A program made the position numbers and the translations under genes. Under the pieces are notes generated by a model. That model was given only the letters and a program-made list of their open reading frames with translations, did no database searches and was not told the DNA's origin. A DNA stretch of 64,000 bases, taken from contig JACAAW010000004.1 of assembly GCA_013377115.1 (NCBI GenBank), positions 2,521-66,520 of the forward strand, given 5' to 3'. Position 1 is the stretch's first letter. The number at the start of each line of letters is the position of its first letter. This document shows positions 16,556 to 26,059 of the stretch, one piece after another. The stretch is from Bacteroidota bacterium (GTDB lineage: Bacteria > Bacteroidota > Bacteroidia > Bacteroidales > CG2-30-32-10).

Positions 16556-17584
16556 ATGAATGAAAAAACAGCGGTCTTATTAATCAATGTTGGCACACCA
16601 AAATCTGCTTCTGTTAAAGATGTTAAGAAATATTTAAAACAATTTCTTGGGGATGGCAGCGTCATTGAAATGCCTGCAATTTTAAGGTATATTTTAGTGA
16701 ATTTCATTATTGTTCCTTTTCGGGCAAAAAAATCGGCTGCAAAATATCAGGAAATTTGGACAAAAGACGGCTCTCCTCTCCTTTTGAATAGTATTGAATT
16801 TCAAAAGAAACTTCAGAAGTATTTTGGGGATCAGTTAACAATATTTCTTGCCATGAGATATGGAAATCCAAGTATTGAAAGAGAACTTGAAAAAATAAAA
16901 ACAGGAAATTTCAAACAAATCTTTATTGTTCCTTTGTATCCTCAATATTCAACCTCAACCACTGAATCGTCCATTATTGAAACGAAATCAAAAATTTCGC
17001 TGTGGGATAACAAACCCAACATTTTGGAATTAAAATATTTTTGGAACGAACCACTTTATATTCAATCATTTGCGAGTCAGATAAAAAAATATGACTTCAA
17101 TAATTTCGATCATATCTTATTCAGTTTTCATGGTTTGCCCTTAAAACAAGTCCAGAATGCCCATCCTGAAAAAAATTGTACTGAATTAGATTGTGAAAAT
17201 ATCATGAATGAAGAAAATTCACTTTGCTATCAATCAGCTTGTTATCGAACAGTCGAATTGTTAGTCAAAGAATTGGAAATCGAAAAAGAATTTTTTTCAA
17301 CTACCTTTCAATCTCGACTTACAAAAAACTGGCTTTCGCCATTTACTGACGAGAAACTAAAAGAGCTTGTCTCAATTGGTAAAAAAAGAGTTTTGATTAT
17401 CTGTCCATCTTTTGTTTCGGATTGCTTAGAAACCCTTCACGAAATTGAAATAGAATACCAACATTTTTTCAAAGAAATTGGAGGCGAATCACTCACCATG
17501 GTTGAAGCATTGAACAGCAATGATATTTGGGTGGAAAATTTTGGAAAAATAATTTCCGGAAAAATAAATGAACATTTGAACTAA
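16556..17584 (+). CDS. hemH: Ferrochelatase
   Basis: LLINVGTP, GSPL, AMRYGNP, PLYPQYS, FSFHGLP, FQSR, FVSDCLETLHEI motifs; ATG at 16556. Confidence 0.95.
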   Translation: MNEKTAVLLINVGTPKSASVKDVKKYLKQFLGDGSVIEMPAILRYILVNFIIVPFRAKKSAAKYQEIWTKDGSPLLLNSIEFQKKLQKYFGDQLTIFLAMRYGNPSIERELEKIKTGNFKQIFIVPLYPQYSTSTTESSIIETKSKISLWDNKPNILELKYFWNEPLYIQSFASQIKKYDFNNFDHILFSFHGLPLKQVQNAHPEKNCTELDCENIMNEENSLCYQSACYRTVELLVKELEIEKEFFSTTFQSRLTKNWLSPFTDEKLKELVSIGKKRVLIICPSFVSDCLETLHEIEIEYQHFFKEIGGESLTMVEALNSNDIWVENFGKIISGKINEHLN

Positions 17585-17588
17585 GAAA

Positions 17589-18422
17589 ATGATAGAAATA
17601 GGAAAATACAATACGCTCAAAATCATCGAAGAAACTCCAATGGGTCTAAGGCTTTCTGATAATGACGGAAACGAAGCATTATTGCCAAGAATTCATGTTA
17701 CAGCGGAAGATTTTGAAAAAGATGAAATTGAGGTTTTTATTTATTCTCATAATGAAGATATTATTGCCACCAGATATGAACCAAAAATCACATTGAACCA
17801 ATTTGGTTATTTGCAAGTAAAAACTGTGAATCAATTTGGTGCCTTTGTTGAATGGGGCGTTGAAAAGAAGTTATTAGTTCCATTCCGAGAACAAACAAAG
17901 GAAATGGTTGAGGATGAATTTTATATGGTGGTGATGTATTTAGACGATGACACCAATAGATTGGTTGGTTCTGCCAAAATTTATGAATTTCTTGACAATG
18001 ATGATTTAACTGTTGCCATTGGAGATGAAGTAGATTTAGTGGTTATCGGGAAATCAGATTTAGGAATGAACGTAATCATCAATCATCTGCACCGTGGATT
18101 AATTTTCAATAGTGAACTATTCGAAAATCTAAGTCCTGGCGACAAAACAAAAGGTTATATAAAAAAAATAAGTGAAGACAATAAAATTGATGTTGTTTTA
18201 CGAAAAGAAGGTTACGAAGGAATAGAACCTATTTCCGAAAAAATATTAACACAATTAAAAGCCCACAATGGCTTTTTAAGTCTCACCGATAAAAGTGAAC
18301 CTGAAGAAATCTCAGCTCAGTTAGGAATGAGCAAAAAGACCTTTAAGAAAGCAATAGGCTTGCTATATAAGCAAAAAATTATCACTCTGGAATTAAACGG
18401 AATTCGGTTGATTGAAAGATAA
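17589..18422 (+). CDS. cvfB: S1-domain RNA-binding protein CvfB/YitL
   Basis: IGKYNTL, GAFVEWG, LLVPF.EQ, winged-helix end MSKKTFKKAIG.LYK. Confidence 0.9.
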   Translation: MIEIGKYNTLKIIEETPMGLRLSDNDGNEALLPRIHVTAEDFEKDEIEVFIYSHNEDIIATRYEPKITLNQFGYLQVKTVNQFGAFVEWGVEKKLLVPFREQTKEMVEDEFYMVVMYLDDDTNRLVGSAKIYEFLDNDDLTVAIGDEVDLVVIGKSDLGMNVIINHLHRGLIFNSELFENLSPGDKTKGYIKKISEDNKIDVVLRKEGYEGIEPISEKILTQLKAHNGFLSLTDKSEPEEISAQLGMSKKTFKKAIGLLYKQKIITLELNGIRLIER

Positions 18423-18501
18423 ATCAAAACAGATTCTCTTAGACTACATATTTCAATTTCAATTATTTAGCCAAAAAGTTTTGATTTGGGCTAAATGTTT
18501 C

Positions 18502-18509
18502 TATATTTG
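18502..18509 (+). promoter_or_regulatory. -7 promoter box
   Basis: TATATTTG upstream of ATG 18561; TTTG 18 nt further upstream. Confidence 0.5.
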
Positions 18510-18560
18510 TAATACCAAGCTTTTAATAATAGAATACTTTTTAATTCTTAAAACCAGCCT

Positions 18561-20744
18561 ATGTTAAAAAAAATACTCTTTTCTTTTGGGTTCATGGCAA
18601 TAATCAATTGTACTATTGGCCAAATAACTTCGTGTGGATTCGACGAAATAAGATTAAGTAATCCGGAAAATCTTCAAAAAGAAATAAAATTAAATAAGGT
18701 TCTATATCAAAAAGCTTTGGAATCTGCCACTTTAACTAAAGATGCTAAAATTATTCTCAATATTCCCGTTGTTGTGCACCTCATTCACCAAAATGGACCT
18801 GAAAATCTTGCTGATGCCTCAATAGTTTCTGCTATCAATCAGATGAACCAGCGCTTCCAAAATTCTGCTCCATACTTTGATGCAACGGGTAATGCTGTTA
18901 ATATCCAATTTTGCCTTGCTTCAATTGACCCTCAAGGAAACCCAACAACAGGAATTACTCGGAATTATTCTCAACTTTCGTATTTATGGGCCAGTGATGA
19001 TATCCAAATGAAAGACCTTAACCGCTGGGATCCTTTTTATTACTATAATATTTGGTCGGTTCATAGTATTTATGGATTTAATATTTCAGTTGCTGGGTAT
19101 TCTTCTTTACCTTCTAACATTGGTGAAAGCATTGATGGCGTTGTTATTCTATATAGTGCTCTCAATAGCGACGTTCTAACTCATGAAACCGGTCATTATT
19201 TGGGTTTATATCATACTTTTCAAGGAGGTTGTAATAATTTTAATTGCCTGCTTGATGGAGATATGGTTTGTGATACACCACCAGATACTTCCACTTCAGT
19301 ATGCATGGGAAATTCTTGTTATTCCGATATGTATGATACCACAGGGTTCAGCCCCTTTACTTCTGATGTTAATGAATTACCAAATTATATGGACTATACG
19401 CCTTGTGCACTTTCTTTTTCCCAAGGACAAAGTGACAGAATGGTAAACTCTCTTACAGCAATTCGAACTTTATTGCTGCAATCTGCAGGATGTGGTTTCA
19501 GCGGTGGAGCGGCTCCTGTCGCAAATTTAGGTTATTCCATTTCATCTTGTAACGATGGTTCGGTGAGTTTTATTGATACACTTTCAACAAATTACACCAC
19601 GGTTAACTGGGATTTTAATAATGATGGAATTTTTGATTCTTTTAATCATAACCCAGTTTATTCTTTTCCTGCCACAGGAAATTATACAGTAAAATTAGTT
19701 ATTGCAGGAGCAGGTGGTGTTGACACTTCTTATCAAACTATCTTTGTTCAAAAATCCCCATCACTTTACTATCCAATTACACTTCTTGGTAGCATTTTTA
19801 CAAATTCAAACGGAGAATTAACTTCCTGTCCGGATTACTCAAATAATCTCACTTCGGCTCCTGGACTTTCTTATTTATGGTCGACTGGAGCAACAACACA
19901 AACCATTTCGTTTAATCCTGTTTCAACCTATACAATTACTTTAACAATGATTGATAGTGCTGGATTAACATGGACCAATCAATTTTGTCATCCTTTAATT
20001 GTAAATGTGCATCCTTCGCCTCCCACAGCGAACATTTATTCTAATGATCCACTCACTATTTGCGATGGTGATTTGGTAACAATCCATTCTGGATTTTCAA
20101 CAACCGGAAGTTATACTTTTCTCTGGTATCAAAATTCACAAATAACCAGTTCAAATGATACCATTTATAATGCAGTTGGTTTTTCTCCATCAGCCTATTA
20201 CCAGCTAATTATTGGTGATACTAATGGTTGTTATAGCTGGAGCAATTATTTATATATAAATTCGTATTCTCCACCATTGGCGCAATCACTCACACAAAAT
20301 GGGTTTGAACTGACTTCTGGATGGGGTGGCGGAAATCAGTGGTATTTAAATGGTTCAGTGATTCCCGGCGCAACAGGAACAGTCTATAGTGTTACTCAGG
20401 ATGGTTGTTACCAAGTGGAATGGTTTTTTAGTTTTGCACCAAATTGCACCACGATGTCTGATTCAATTTGCTATACGAGTACAGAGATAAACAATATTAA
20501 GGCTGAAATCAACAATGCTGTTATTTATCCAGTTCCTTCCAGCAATTTTGCAACCCTTTTAACAAGCTCCAAATTAGTTGGTTCAGAATATTATATTACC
20601 GATGCATTAGGTAGAATATTTGTAAAATCAATGGTTAAATCAGAAACTTCAATTATCAATATTTCTGATTTTGCAAGTGGGATATATTTTTTCAATTTGA
20701 ACTTTAACGATGCTCTTATTGTAAGAAAAATTTTAAAAGAATAA
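18561..20744 (+). CDS. M43 (pappalysin-like) zinc metalloprotease with PKD domain and T9SS type-A CTD
   Basis: HETGHYLGLYH zinc motif, NYMDY Met-turn, PKD (WDFNNDG), CTD (IYPVPS...GIYF). Confidence 0.9.
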   Translation: MLKKILFSFGFMAIINCTIGQITSCGFDEIRLSNPENLQKEIKLNKVLYQKALESATLTKDAKIILNIPVVVHLIHQNGPENLADASIVSAINQMNQRFQNSAPYFDATGNAVNIQFCLASIDPQGNPTTGITRNYSQLSYLWASDDIQMKDLNRWDPFYYYNIWSVHSIYGFNISVAGYSSLPSNIGESIDGVVILYSALNSDVLTHETGHYLGLYHTFQGGCNNFNCLLDGDMVCDTPPDTSTSVCMGNSCYSDMYDTTGFSPFTSDVNELPNYMDYTPCALSFSQGQSDRMVNSLTAIRTLLLQSAGCGFSGGAAPVANLGYSISSCNDGSVSFIDTLSTNYTTVNWDFNNDGIFDSFNHNPVYSFPATGNYTVKLVIAGAGGVDTSYQTIFVQKSPSLYYPITLLGSIFTNSNGELTSCPDYSNNLTSAPGLSYLWSTGATTQTISFNPVSTYTITLTMIDSAGLTWTNQFCHPLIVNVHPSPPTANIYSNDPLTICDGDLVTIHSGFSTTGSYTFLWYQNSQITSSNDTIYNAVGFSPSAYYQLIIGDTNGCYSWSNYLYINSYSPPLAQSLTQNGFELTSGWGGGNQWYLNGSVIPGATGTVYSVTQDGCYQVEWFFSFAPNCTTMSDSICYTSTEINNIKAEINNAVIYPVPSSNFATLLTSSKLVGSEYYITDALGRIFVKSMVKSETSIINISDFASGIYFFNLNFNDALIVRKILKE

Positions 20745-20771
20745 ATCCTTGTATATTGGGAAATAATCACT

Positions 20772-20779
20772 TATATTTG
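20772..20779 (+). promoter_or_regulatory. -7 promoter box
   Basis: TATATTTG upstream of ATG 20806. Confidence 0.5.
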
Positions 20780-20805
20780 ATTGCTTAAATTTAAAAAACT
20801 TGCAT

Positions 20806-21870
20806 ATGAAAAAAATCATACTTTCTCTATGTCTTGCTCTCACCATTGCTTTTTCAGCAAAATCGCAGTTAGTAATTACACCGGACACCAATTACGTACA
20901 ATTGGTTAATAATTTTATTCTTTCGGGGGTATCAGCATCAAACGTAGTCTATACTGGAGCTCCGATTACTTTAGGCACTTTCAATAATGGATTCACAACC
21001 AATCTTGGAATGACTGATGGAATTGTTTTAACAACAGGAACTCTTGATACAACAATGAATGTTTATATTGGAAGTGAAGTAATTAATTTCGCAAATTACA
21101 TGAATGGCGCTGCTGGAGACACGCAACTTGATGTTTTGGTAGCGCCATTTCCAACTTACGACGCTTCAGTTTTGGAATTTGATTTGGTTCCCGTTGGAAA
21201 TATCTTAGAATTTCAATATGTATTTGGTTCTGAAGAATACCCAGAATATGTTGGTTCATCCTTCAATGATGTTTTCGGTTTTTTTATAAATGGCCCAAGT
21301 CCAAGTGGACCCGCCTATGTAAACGAAAATATTGCAATAATTCCAGGAACGACTTTACCAGTTTCAATAAACAATGTTAATGCTGGACTTAATTCGGCTT
21401 ACTTTGTCGACAATCAAGGAATAAACGGTCAAACAATTGTTTTTGATGGATTTACAACCGTTCTTACAGCTCAACTTTCTGTAACACCATTATCAACTTA
21501 TCATTTAAAAATGGCCATTGCTGATGTGGGTGATGGTGTTTTTGATTCGGGTATTTTCTTAAAGGCTCAAAGTATGAAGAGTTATAATTATGTTGGAATA
21601 GATGAAATTGCAGAAAATTCAATAAAAATTTTCCCAAATCCTTTGAATGAAAATTCAGTATTGACTTTAAACACCGAAAATACTGGAAATATTGTTATTC
21701 ACATTACTGATTGCATTGGTCGTACTATTTTTGATTTGACTCAAGAAAATAATCTTCCCGGAAAACAGAGTTTTCCACTTGGAAAGATTTTAAACGAATC
21801 ACCATCAGGAATTTATTTTGTAAATATTCAAGCCAACGGTAAATCCATTTTGGAAAAAGTTGTTAAATAG
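20806..21870 (+). CDS. Choice-of-anchor L domain protein with T9SS type-A CTD
   Basis: GIVLTTG, FQYVFGSEEYPEYV.S.FNDVFGFF, IADVGD...DSG.F motifs; CTD IFPNP...GIYF; ATG at 20806. Confidence 0.85.
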   Translation: MKKIILSLCLALTIAFSAKSQLVITPDTNYVQLVNNFILSGVSASNVVYTGAPITLGTFNNGFTTNLGMTDGIVLTTGTLDTTMNVYIGSEVINFANYMNGAAGDTQLDVLVAPFPTYDASVLEFDLVPVGNILEFQYVFGSEEYPEYVGSSFNDVFGFFINGPSPSGPAYVNENIAIIPGTTLPVSINNVNAGLNSAYFVDNQGINGQTIVFDGFTTVLTAQLSVTPLSTYHLKMAIADVGDGVFDSGIFLKAQSMKSYNYVGIDEIAENSIKIFPNPLNENSVLTLNTENTGNIVIHITDCIGRTIFDLTQENNLPGKQSFPLGKILNESPSGIYFVNIQANGKSILEKVVK

Positions 21871-21909
21871 GAATAAAGATTCAATTAGTATTAATTTAAA
21901 GAAAATATT

Positions 21910-23253
21910 ATGAAACATTTAAACATCAGTTTATTGATACTTATTTTTTTCTTTTCAATAAAAATTAATGCACAAAACTCTTGCTCAAATCCTTTTCAAA
22001 TTTATTCAAACATACCATGCTCCTACCCTGCATCGACAGGTGTTACAAACTTAGATTCTACCAACAATTATGGATGTTTATACACTTCTCCTAATCCATT
22101 GTGGTTATATTTGAAAGTTTGCAACAATGGGGATATCAATATTGATATATTTTCAGGACTTATTGGTTCTTCCGGTTTGGATGTTGATTTTGTTGCTTGG
22201 GGACCATTGGTTCAACCCACTGATTGTGGATTGGATTCGACTCAAATTGTTGATTGCTCCTTTTCTACAGGAAGTCATGAAACAGTTAATTTACTGAATG
22301 TAAATCCCGGAGAATATTATAAAATACTTGTTACCAGTTATTCAAATGCTTCTAGTGTTATCACAATAAATCCTCTAAGCGGAACTGCCACGTATGATTC
22401 AGCCTGTTCTCCCTGTTCGACTCCTCTCACAGCGCAACAAATTTGTATGGTAACCACAGATTTTGCTACCAATCATAATTTAATTATTTGGGAAAAAGAC
22501 ACCTCATACTCTGGATCTTACATAATTCAGCAAGAAACCACTACCATGGGCATTTATAATAATATTGGGATTCAACTAAATTCAACTATTTCTACCTTTG
22601 AAGATACCATTTCAGATCCAACCCAGCAAGCCTATAAATATCGAATAGTAACTGCGGATACTTGTGGTAATACCACTTATTATGGAGATGCGCACAAAAC
22701 AATCCATTTGCTTACTTCTATTAATTCAGGATCAGGAAATCCACAATTATCATGGAATGATTATACTGGATTTTACTATTCGAAATATTATATTTATCGT
22801 GGAAATTCTACTTCAACACTTGCCTTATATGATTCTATTTCAGCATCATTTACATCATATACAGATGTTAATCCCATGATTGGAATGGTTTATTATGGAA
22901 TTTCGGTAAATCCGCCAAACCCATGCTCCCCTTCAAAAAATTTAACGGCTTGCTTTTCCAATTTAAGTCAGGTGAATTATAATTCTATCAGTAATTATAA
23001 TAATGAATTAAATAGTTTTTCTGTATGGCCAAACCCTACCAACGATTTTTTGAATTTTGAATTAAAAAACAATAATGTCAAAGAATTCAATTTAGAATTA
23101 ATGGATATTGCGGGAAGGTTGCTATTTTCAAAATCATACAATGGTGTTTATAAAGAGAAAATTGATGTTGGAGAATTTTCGAATGGTGTTTATTTGCTGA
23201 AAATTTCCAACACCAAAGATTCAGCATTCAAAAGATTAATAATTAACAGATAA
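21910..23253 (+). CDS. T9SS-secreted protein (Cys-containing N-domain, FnIII-like region, type-A CTD)
   Basis: Signal peptide; DVDF..WGP motif; VWPNPTND...GVYLLKI CTD. Confidence 0.8.
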   Translation: MKHLNISLLILIFFFSIKINAQNSCSNPFQIYSNIPCSYPASTGVTNLDSTNNYGCLYTSPNPLWLYLKVCNNGDINIDIFSGLIGSSGLDVDFVAWGPLVQPTDCGLDSTQIVDCSFSTGSHETVNLLNVNPGEYYKILVTSYSNASSVITINPLSGTATYDSACSPCSTPLTAQQICMVTTDFATNHNLIIWEKDTSYSGSYIIQQETTTMGIYNNIGIQLNSTISTFEDTISDPTQQAYKYRIVTADTCGNTTYYGDAHKTIHLLTSINSGSGNPQLSWNDYTGFYYSKYYIYRGNSTSTLALYDSISASFTSYTDVNPMIGMVYYGISVNPPNPCSPSKNLTACFSNLSQVNYNSISNYNNELNSFSVWPNPTNDFLNFELKNNNVKEFNLELMDIAGRLLFSKSYNGVYKEKIDVGEFSNGVYLLKISNTKDSAFKRLIINR

Positions 23254-23344
23254 AAAATTAGTGGAGTCCAGAACCCACTTTAATAAACGGCAATTCCAAT
23301 TTAGAGGAAAAAATCTATTGGGTTGAACCTAAAAAATATTAAAT

Positions 23345-23680
23345 ATGAAAAAAGTATTATTTATTTTATTATTTGTTTGCGGTTTTATGGCTGCACAAGC
23401 TCAAAAAGTTTATACTGTAAGCAGCGAAAGCTATGCTGATGTAAAAGTATTTGTTGTTAGTAGTGAAAGTTATGCCGACCTATTGGTATACAAAGTAAGC
23501 AGCGAAAGTTACGCTGGTGATAACAATGGCAAATGGTATTTCGAATCAAGCGAAAGTTATGCTAAGAAAAAAATCTATTTTGTAAGTTCTGAATCATATG
23601 CAGACTTGAAAATATTCTTTGTTACCAGTGAAAGTTATGCTGGATGGAAAAATCAAAGTAAAAAGCATCTTATGTATTAA
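23345..23680 (+). CDS. DUF6150-like short-repeat secreted protein
   Basis: Signal peptide, then six imperfect (V/F)..SESYA repeats. Confidence 0.75.
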   Translation: MKKVLFILLFVCGFMAAQAQKVYTVSSESYADVKVFVVSSESYADLLVYKVSSESYAGDNNGKWYFESSESYAKKKIYFVSSESYADLKIFFVTSESYAGWKNQSKKHLMY

Positions 23681-23695
23681 TTATCCATAATATTG

Positions 23696-23723
23696 AAAAA
23701 AACGGCTTTTGGCCGTTTTTTTT
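23696..23723 (+). terminator. Intrinsic terminator
   Basis: AAAAAAACGGC-ttttg-GCCGTTTTTTT. Confidence 0.8.
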
Positions 23724-23738
23724 AATTTAAAACAAAAA

Positions 23739-25838
23739 ATGAAACAGATTTTAGCATTATTTATATTTCTTAACACTTTAAATGCATTCAGCCAAACTGG
23801 AACGAAAGGTGTTAAACCACTTGAAAACCAACAAACATTTTCGGAAAATGTAAAAATGGTTGTTATTGGTGTTTCAAAATACCAGAATATTCAATCACTC
23901 AATTTTGCACATACTGACGCACTCTCCTTCTATAATTATATGATTTCGAAACAAGGAGGAAACATTGACACTGCAAATGCAAAAATAATTTTGAATGAGA
24001 ATGCTACTGCAATCAATATTTATGCAGCTTTAGATTGGTTACTCAGCGTTACAAAAGAAAATGAAACCGTTATTTTTTATTTTTCTGGGCATGGCGATTT
24101 GGAAAATAAAACTTTATCTCAACAAGGTTTTCTTTTGGCAAATGATTCTCCAAAAGCGGCTTATATGGCAGGCGGAACTATTGGTGTTTTTTATCTTCAA
24201 CAATATTTAAACACTTTGGTTCAAAAAAATAAAGCTAGAATTATTTTAATAAGTGACGCTTGCAGATCTGGAAAACTTGCTGGAGGAATCGAAGGAACCA
24301 GCAGTACCACCGCGGCTTTGCAGGTACAACAAGAAAACACAGTAAAAATACTTTCTTCCCAACCTGGCGAATTATCTTATGAAGGCAAACAATGGAATAA
24401 TGGTGGCGGCGTTTTTACTTATTATCTTGTTAAAGGATTGATGGGTTTTGCAGACAGAAATATCGATAATAAAATCACATTAAATGAACTCAATATTTAT
24501 TTAAATGATAATATTCCCAGAGAAACGAACTTCGCTCAAAATCCTTCAATAAATGGAAATCCATCGACAGTATTGGGAAGGGTTGATAGTATTTATTTTG
24601 CTTCAATTAAAAATCAGGAATCAAATCTTAAAATTGATAATTCTTTATTAGCTCAACGTGGCTTTGAGGATAATTACAAAAAAACTCTAGATTCTGTCAC
24701 CTACAAAAAATATATGGATTTTAGGTATTGCGTTTCACATCATTTTCTTTTAAAACCTGATAAAAAACACGGAAGTGCCTGGGATATTTATCAAGAATTA
24801 AGAGATGATAAAAAAGCTGTAAGTATTTCAAATACAATGAAATCTGCTTTGCTTTCAGCTTTGCAGGAAAAATATCAAATTTCATATAAATGCGTTTTGA
24901 GTGGCTCCAGACCACCAGACTCAATTCCTCGACTTGTTGTAGTTGACGAGCTAAAGCATGCATTGGAATTAATTGACACTACGTATATTATTTATAATCA
25001 TCTTGTTGGAGCATATAATATTGGTTTAATACCTATAGAAGAAAAAATTTCTGAGGACTGGTTAGTATACTGTAATAGAGCTATTTCTTACGAACCTGAG
25101 AATCCTATCGCTTATTACTTTCTAGGCAAATATAAATATGTAAACAACAAATTTGAAGAAGCAATTACAAATTATAGGAAAGCCTTAAGTTTAGCTCCAA
25201 CATGGTCATGGCCTATGATTTCTCTTGTTGGTCCTTATCGCAAATTGAACCAAATGGAAAATGCTATCCTTTTAGCTCAAAATGCAATTTCTCATGATTC
25301 AAAAAGAAAAGATTACTATTTCTTTCTAACAAGTCTCTATATAGAAACGAATCAATTAGACAAAGTAAATCCATTAATTAACTTTCTTGATAGCTTGTGC
25401 TCTTCAGATAAAGATGCTTATAATATGGGAGTTCTAGGAAGCTATTATATTAATTACCCAATATTGAAAAATAGAGAAAAAGCCAAGTCATTTTATGAAA
25501 AATCTATTGATATGAAACCAATTAAAGAGATTTGTTTTTCTTTAGGAAATATTTACAAAGAGGAAAATAACAAAGAAAAATCAGATTTATATTTCACTGA
25601 AGCAATCAATTTGTATTTGAAGGACATAATCATAAATCCAAATGATAATGGGCTATTATACGACCTTGCATGTTTAAAAAGTTTAACTGAAAAAAAGCAG
25701 GAAGCCCTGAAGTACTTTGAACTTTCTCTGCAAAATGGTTGGAAAGATTTTGACCATATCAAAAAAGATACTGACCTCGATTTCATTAGAGATACAAAAG
25801 AGTTTAAAGAGTTAATAAACAAATACAATAATCATTGA
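23739..25838 (+). CDS. Caspase-family (peptidase C14) protein with C-terminal TPR repeats and signal peptide
   Basis: YFSGHG and DACRSG His/Cys dyad motifs; GGVFTYYL; TPRs; YDLACLKS...DTDLDFIR terminal TPR; ATG at 23739. Confidence 0.88.
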   Translation: MKQILALFIFLNTLNAFSQTGTKGVKPLENQQTFSENVKMVVIGVSKYQNIQSLNFAHTDALSFYNYMISKQGGNIDTANAKIILNENATAINIYAALDWLLSVTKENETVIFYFSGHGDLENKTLSQQGFLLANDSPKAAYMAGGTIGVFYLQQYLNTLVQKNKARIILISDACRSGKLAGGIEGTSSTTAALQVQQENTVKILSSQPGELSYEGKQWNNGGGVFTYYLVKGLMGFADRNIDNKITLNELNIYLNDNIPRETNFAQNPSINGNPSTVLGRVDSIYFASIKNQESNLKIDNSLLAQRGFEDNYKKTLDSVTYKKYMDFRYCVSHHFLLKPDKKHGSAWDIYQELRDDKKAVSISNTMKSALLSALQEKYQISYKCVLSGSRPPDSIPRLVVVDELKHALELIDTTYIIYNHLVGAYNIGLIPIEEKISEDWLVYCNRAISYEPENPIAYYFLGKYKYVNNKFEEAITNYRKALSLAPTWSWPMISLVGPYRKLNQMENAILLAQNAISHDSKRKDYYFFLTSLYIETNQLDKVNPLINFLDSLCSSDKDAYNMGVLGSYYINYPILKNREKAKSFYEKSIDMKPIKEICFSLGNIYKEENNKEKSDLYFTEAINLYLKDIIINPNDNGLLYDLACLKSLTEKKQEALKYFELSLQNGWKDFDHIKKDTDLDFIRDTKEFKELINKYNNH

Positions 25839-25960
25839 AATAAAATTTGGACAGCTAAAAAAAAACTTGTAATTACTGTTAACTTTTAATTATATGTTTT
25901 ATCTTTGTTTATGGTCAAATTATTTTTGTCACAATATTGCTGAATTCTGGAATTTAAAAA

Positions 25961-26042
25961 TGGAGTCCTGTAACCATTTAAACAGGTCTATCCTGACATA
26001 GTAATTGTCTGGGGCGATACCGAAAAGCCAAATGAGTAGGAA
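25961..26042 (+). ncRNA. Candidate structured RNA upstream of the beta-barrel gene
   Basis: GC-enriched island in an AT-rich spacer; stems CCTGT/ACAGG, GACA/TGTC, GGC/GCC, TCCT/AGGA; family not verified. Confidence 0.45.
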
Positions 26043-26059
26043 AATTAAACTAAAAAGAC

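Noticed and set aside
25936-25960. c-di-AMP (ydaO) riboswitch suggested by GCTGAAT
   Set aside because: The downstream conserved ydaO elements are absent
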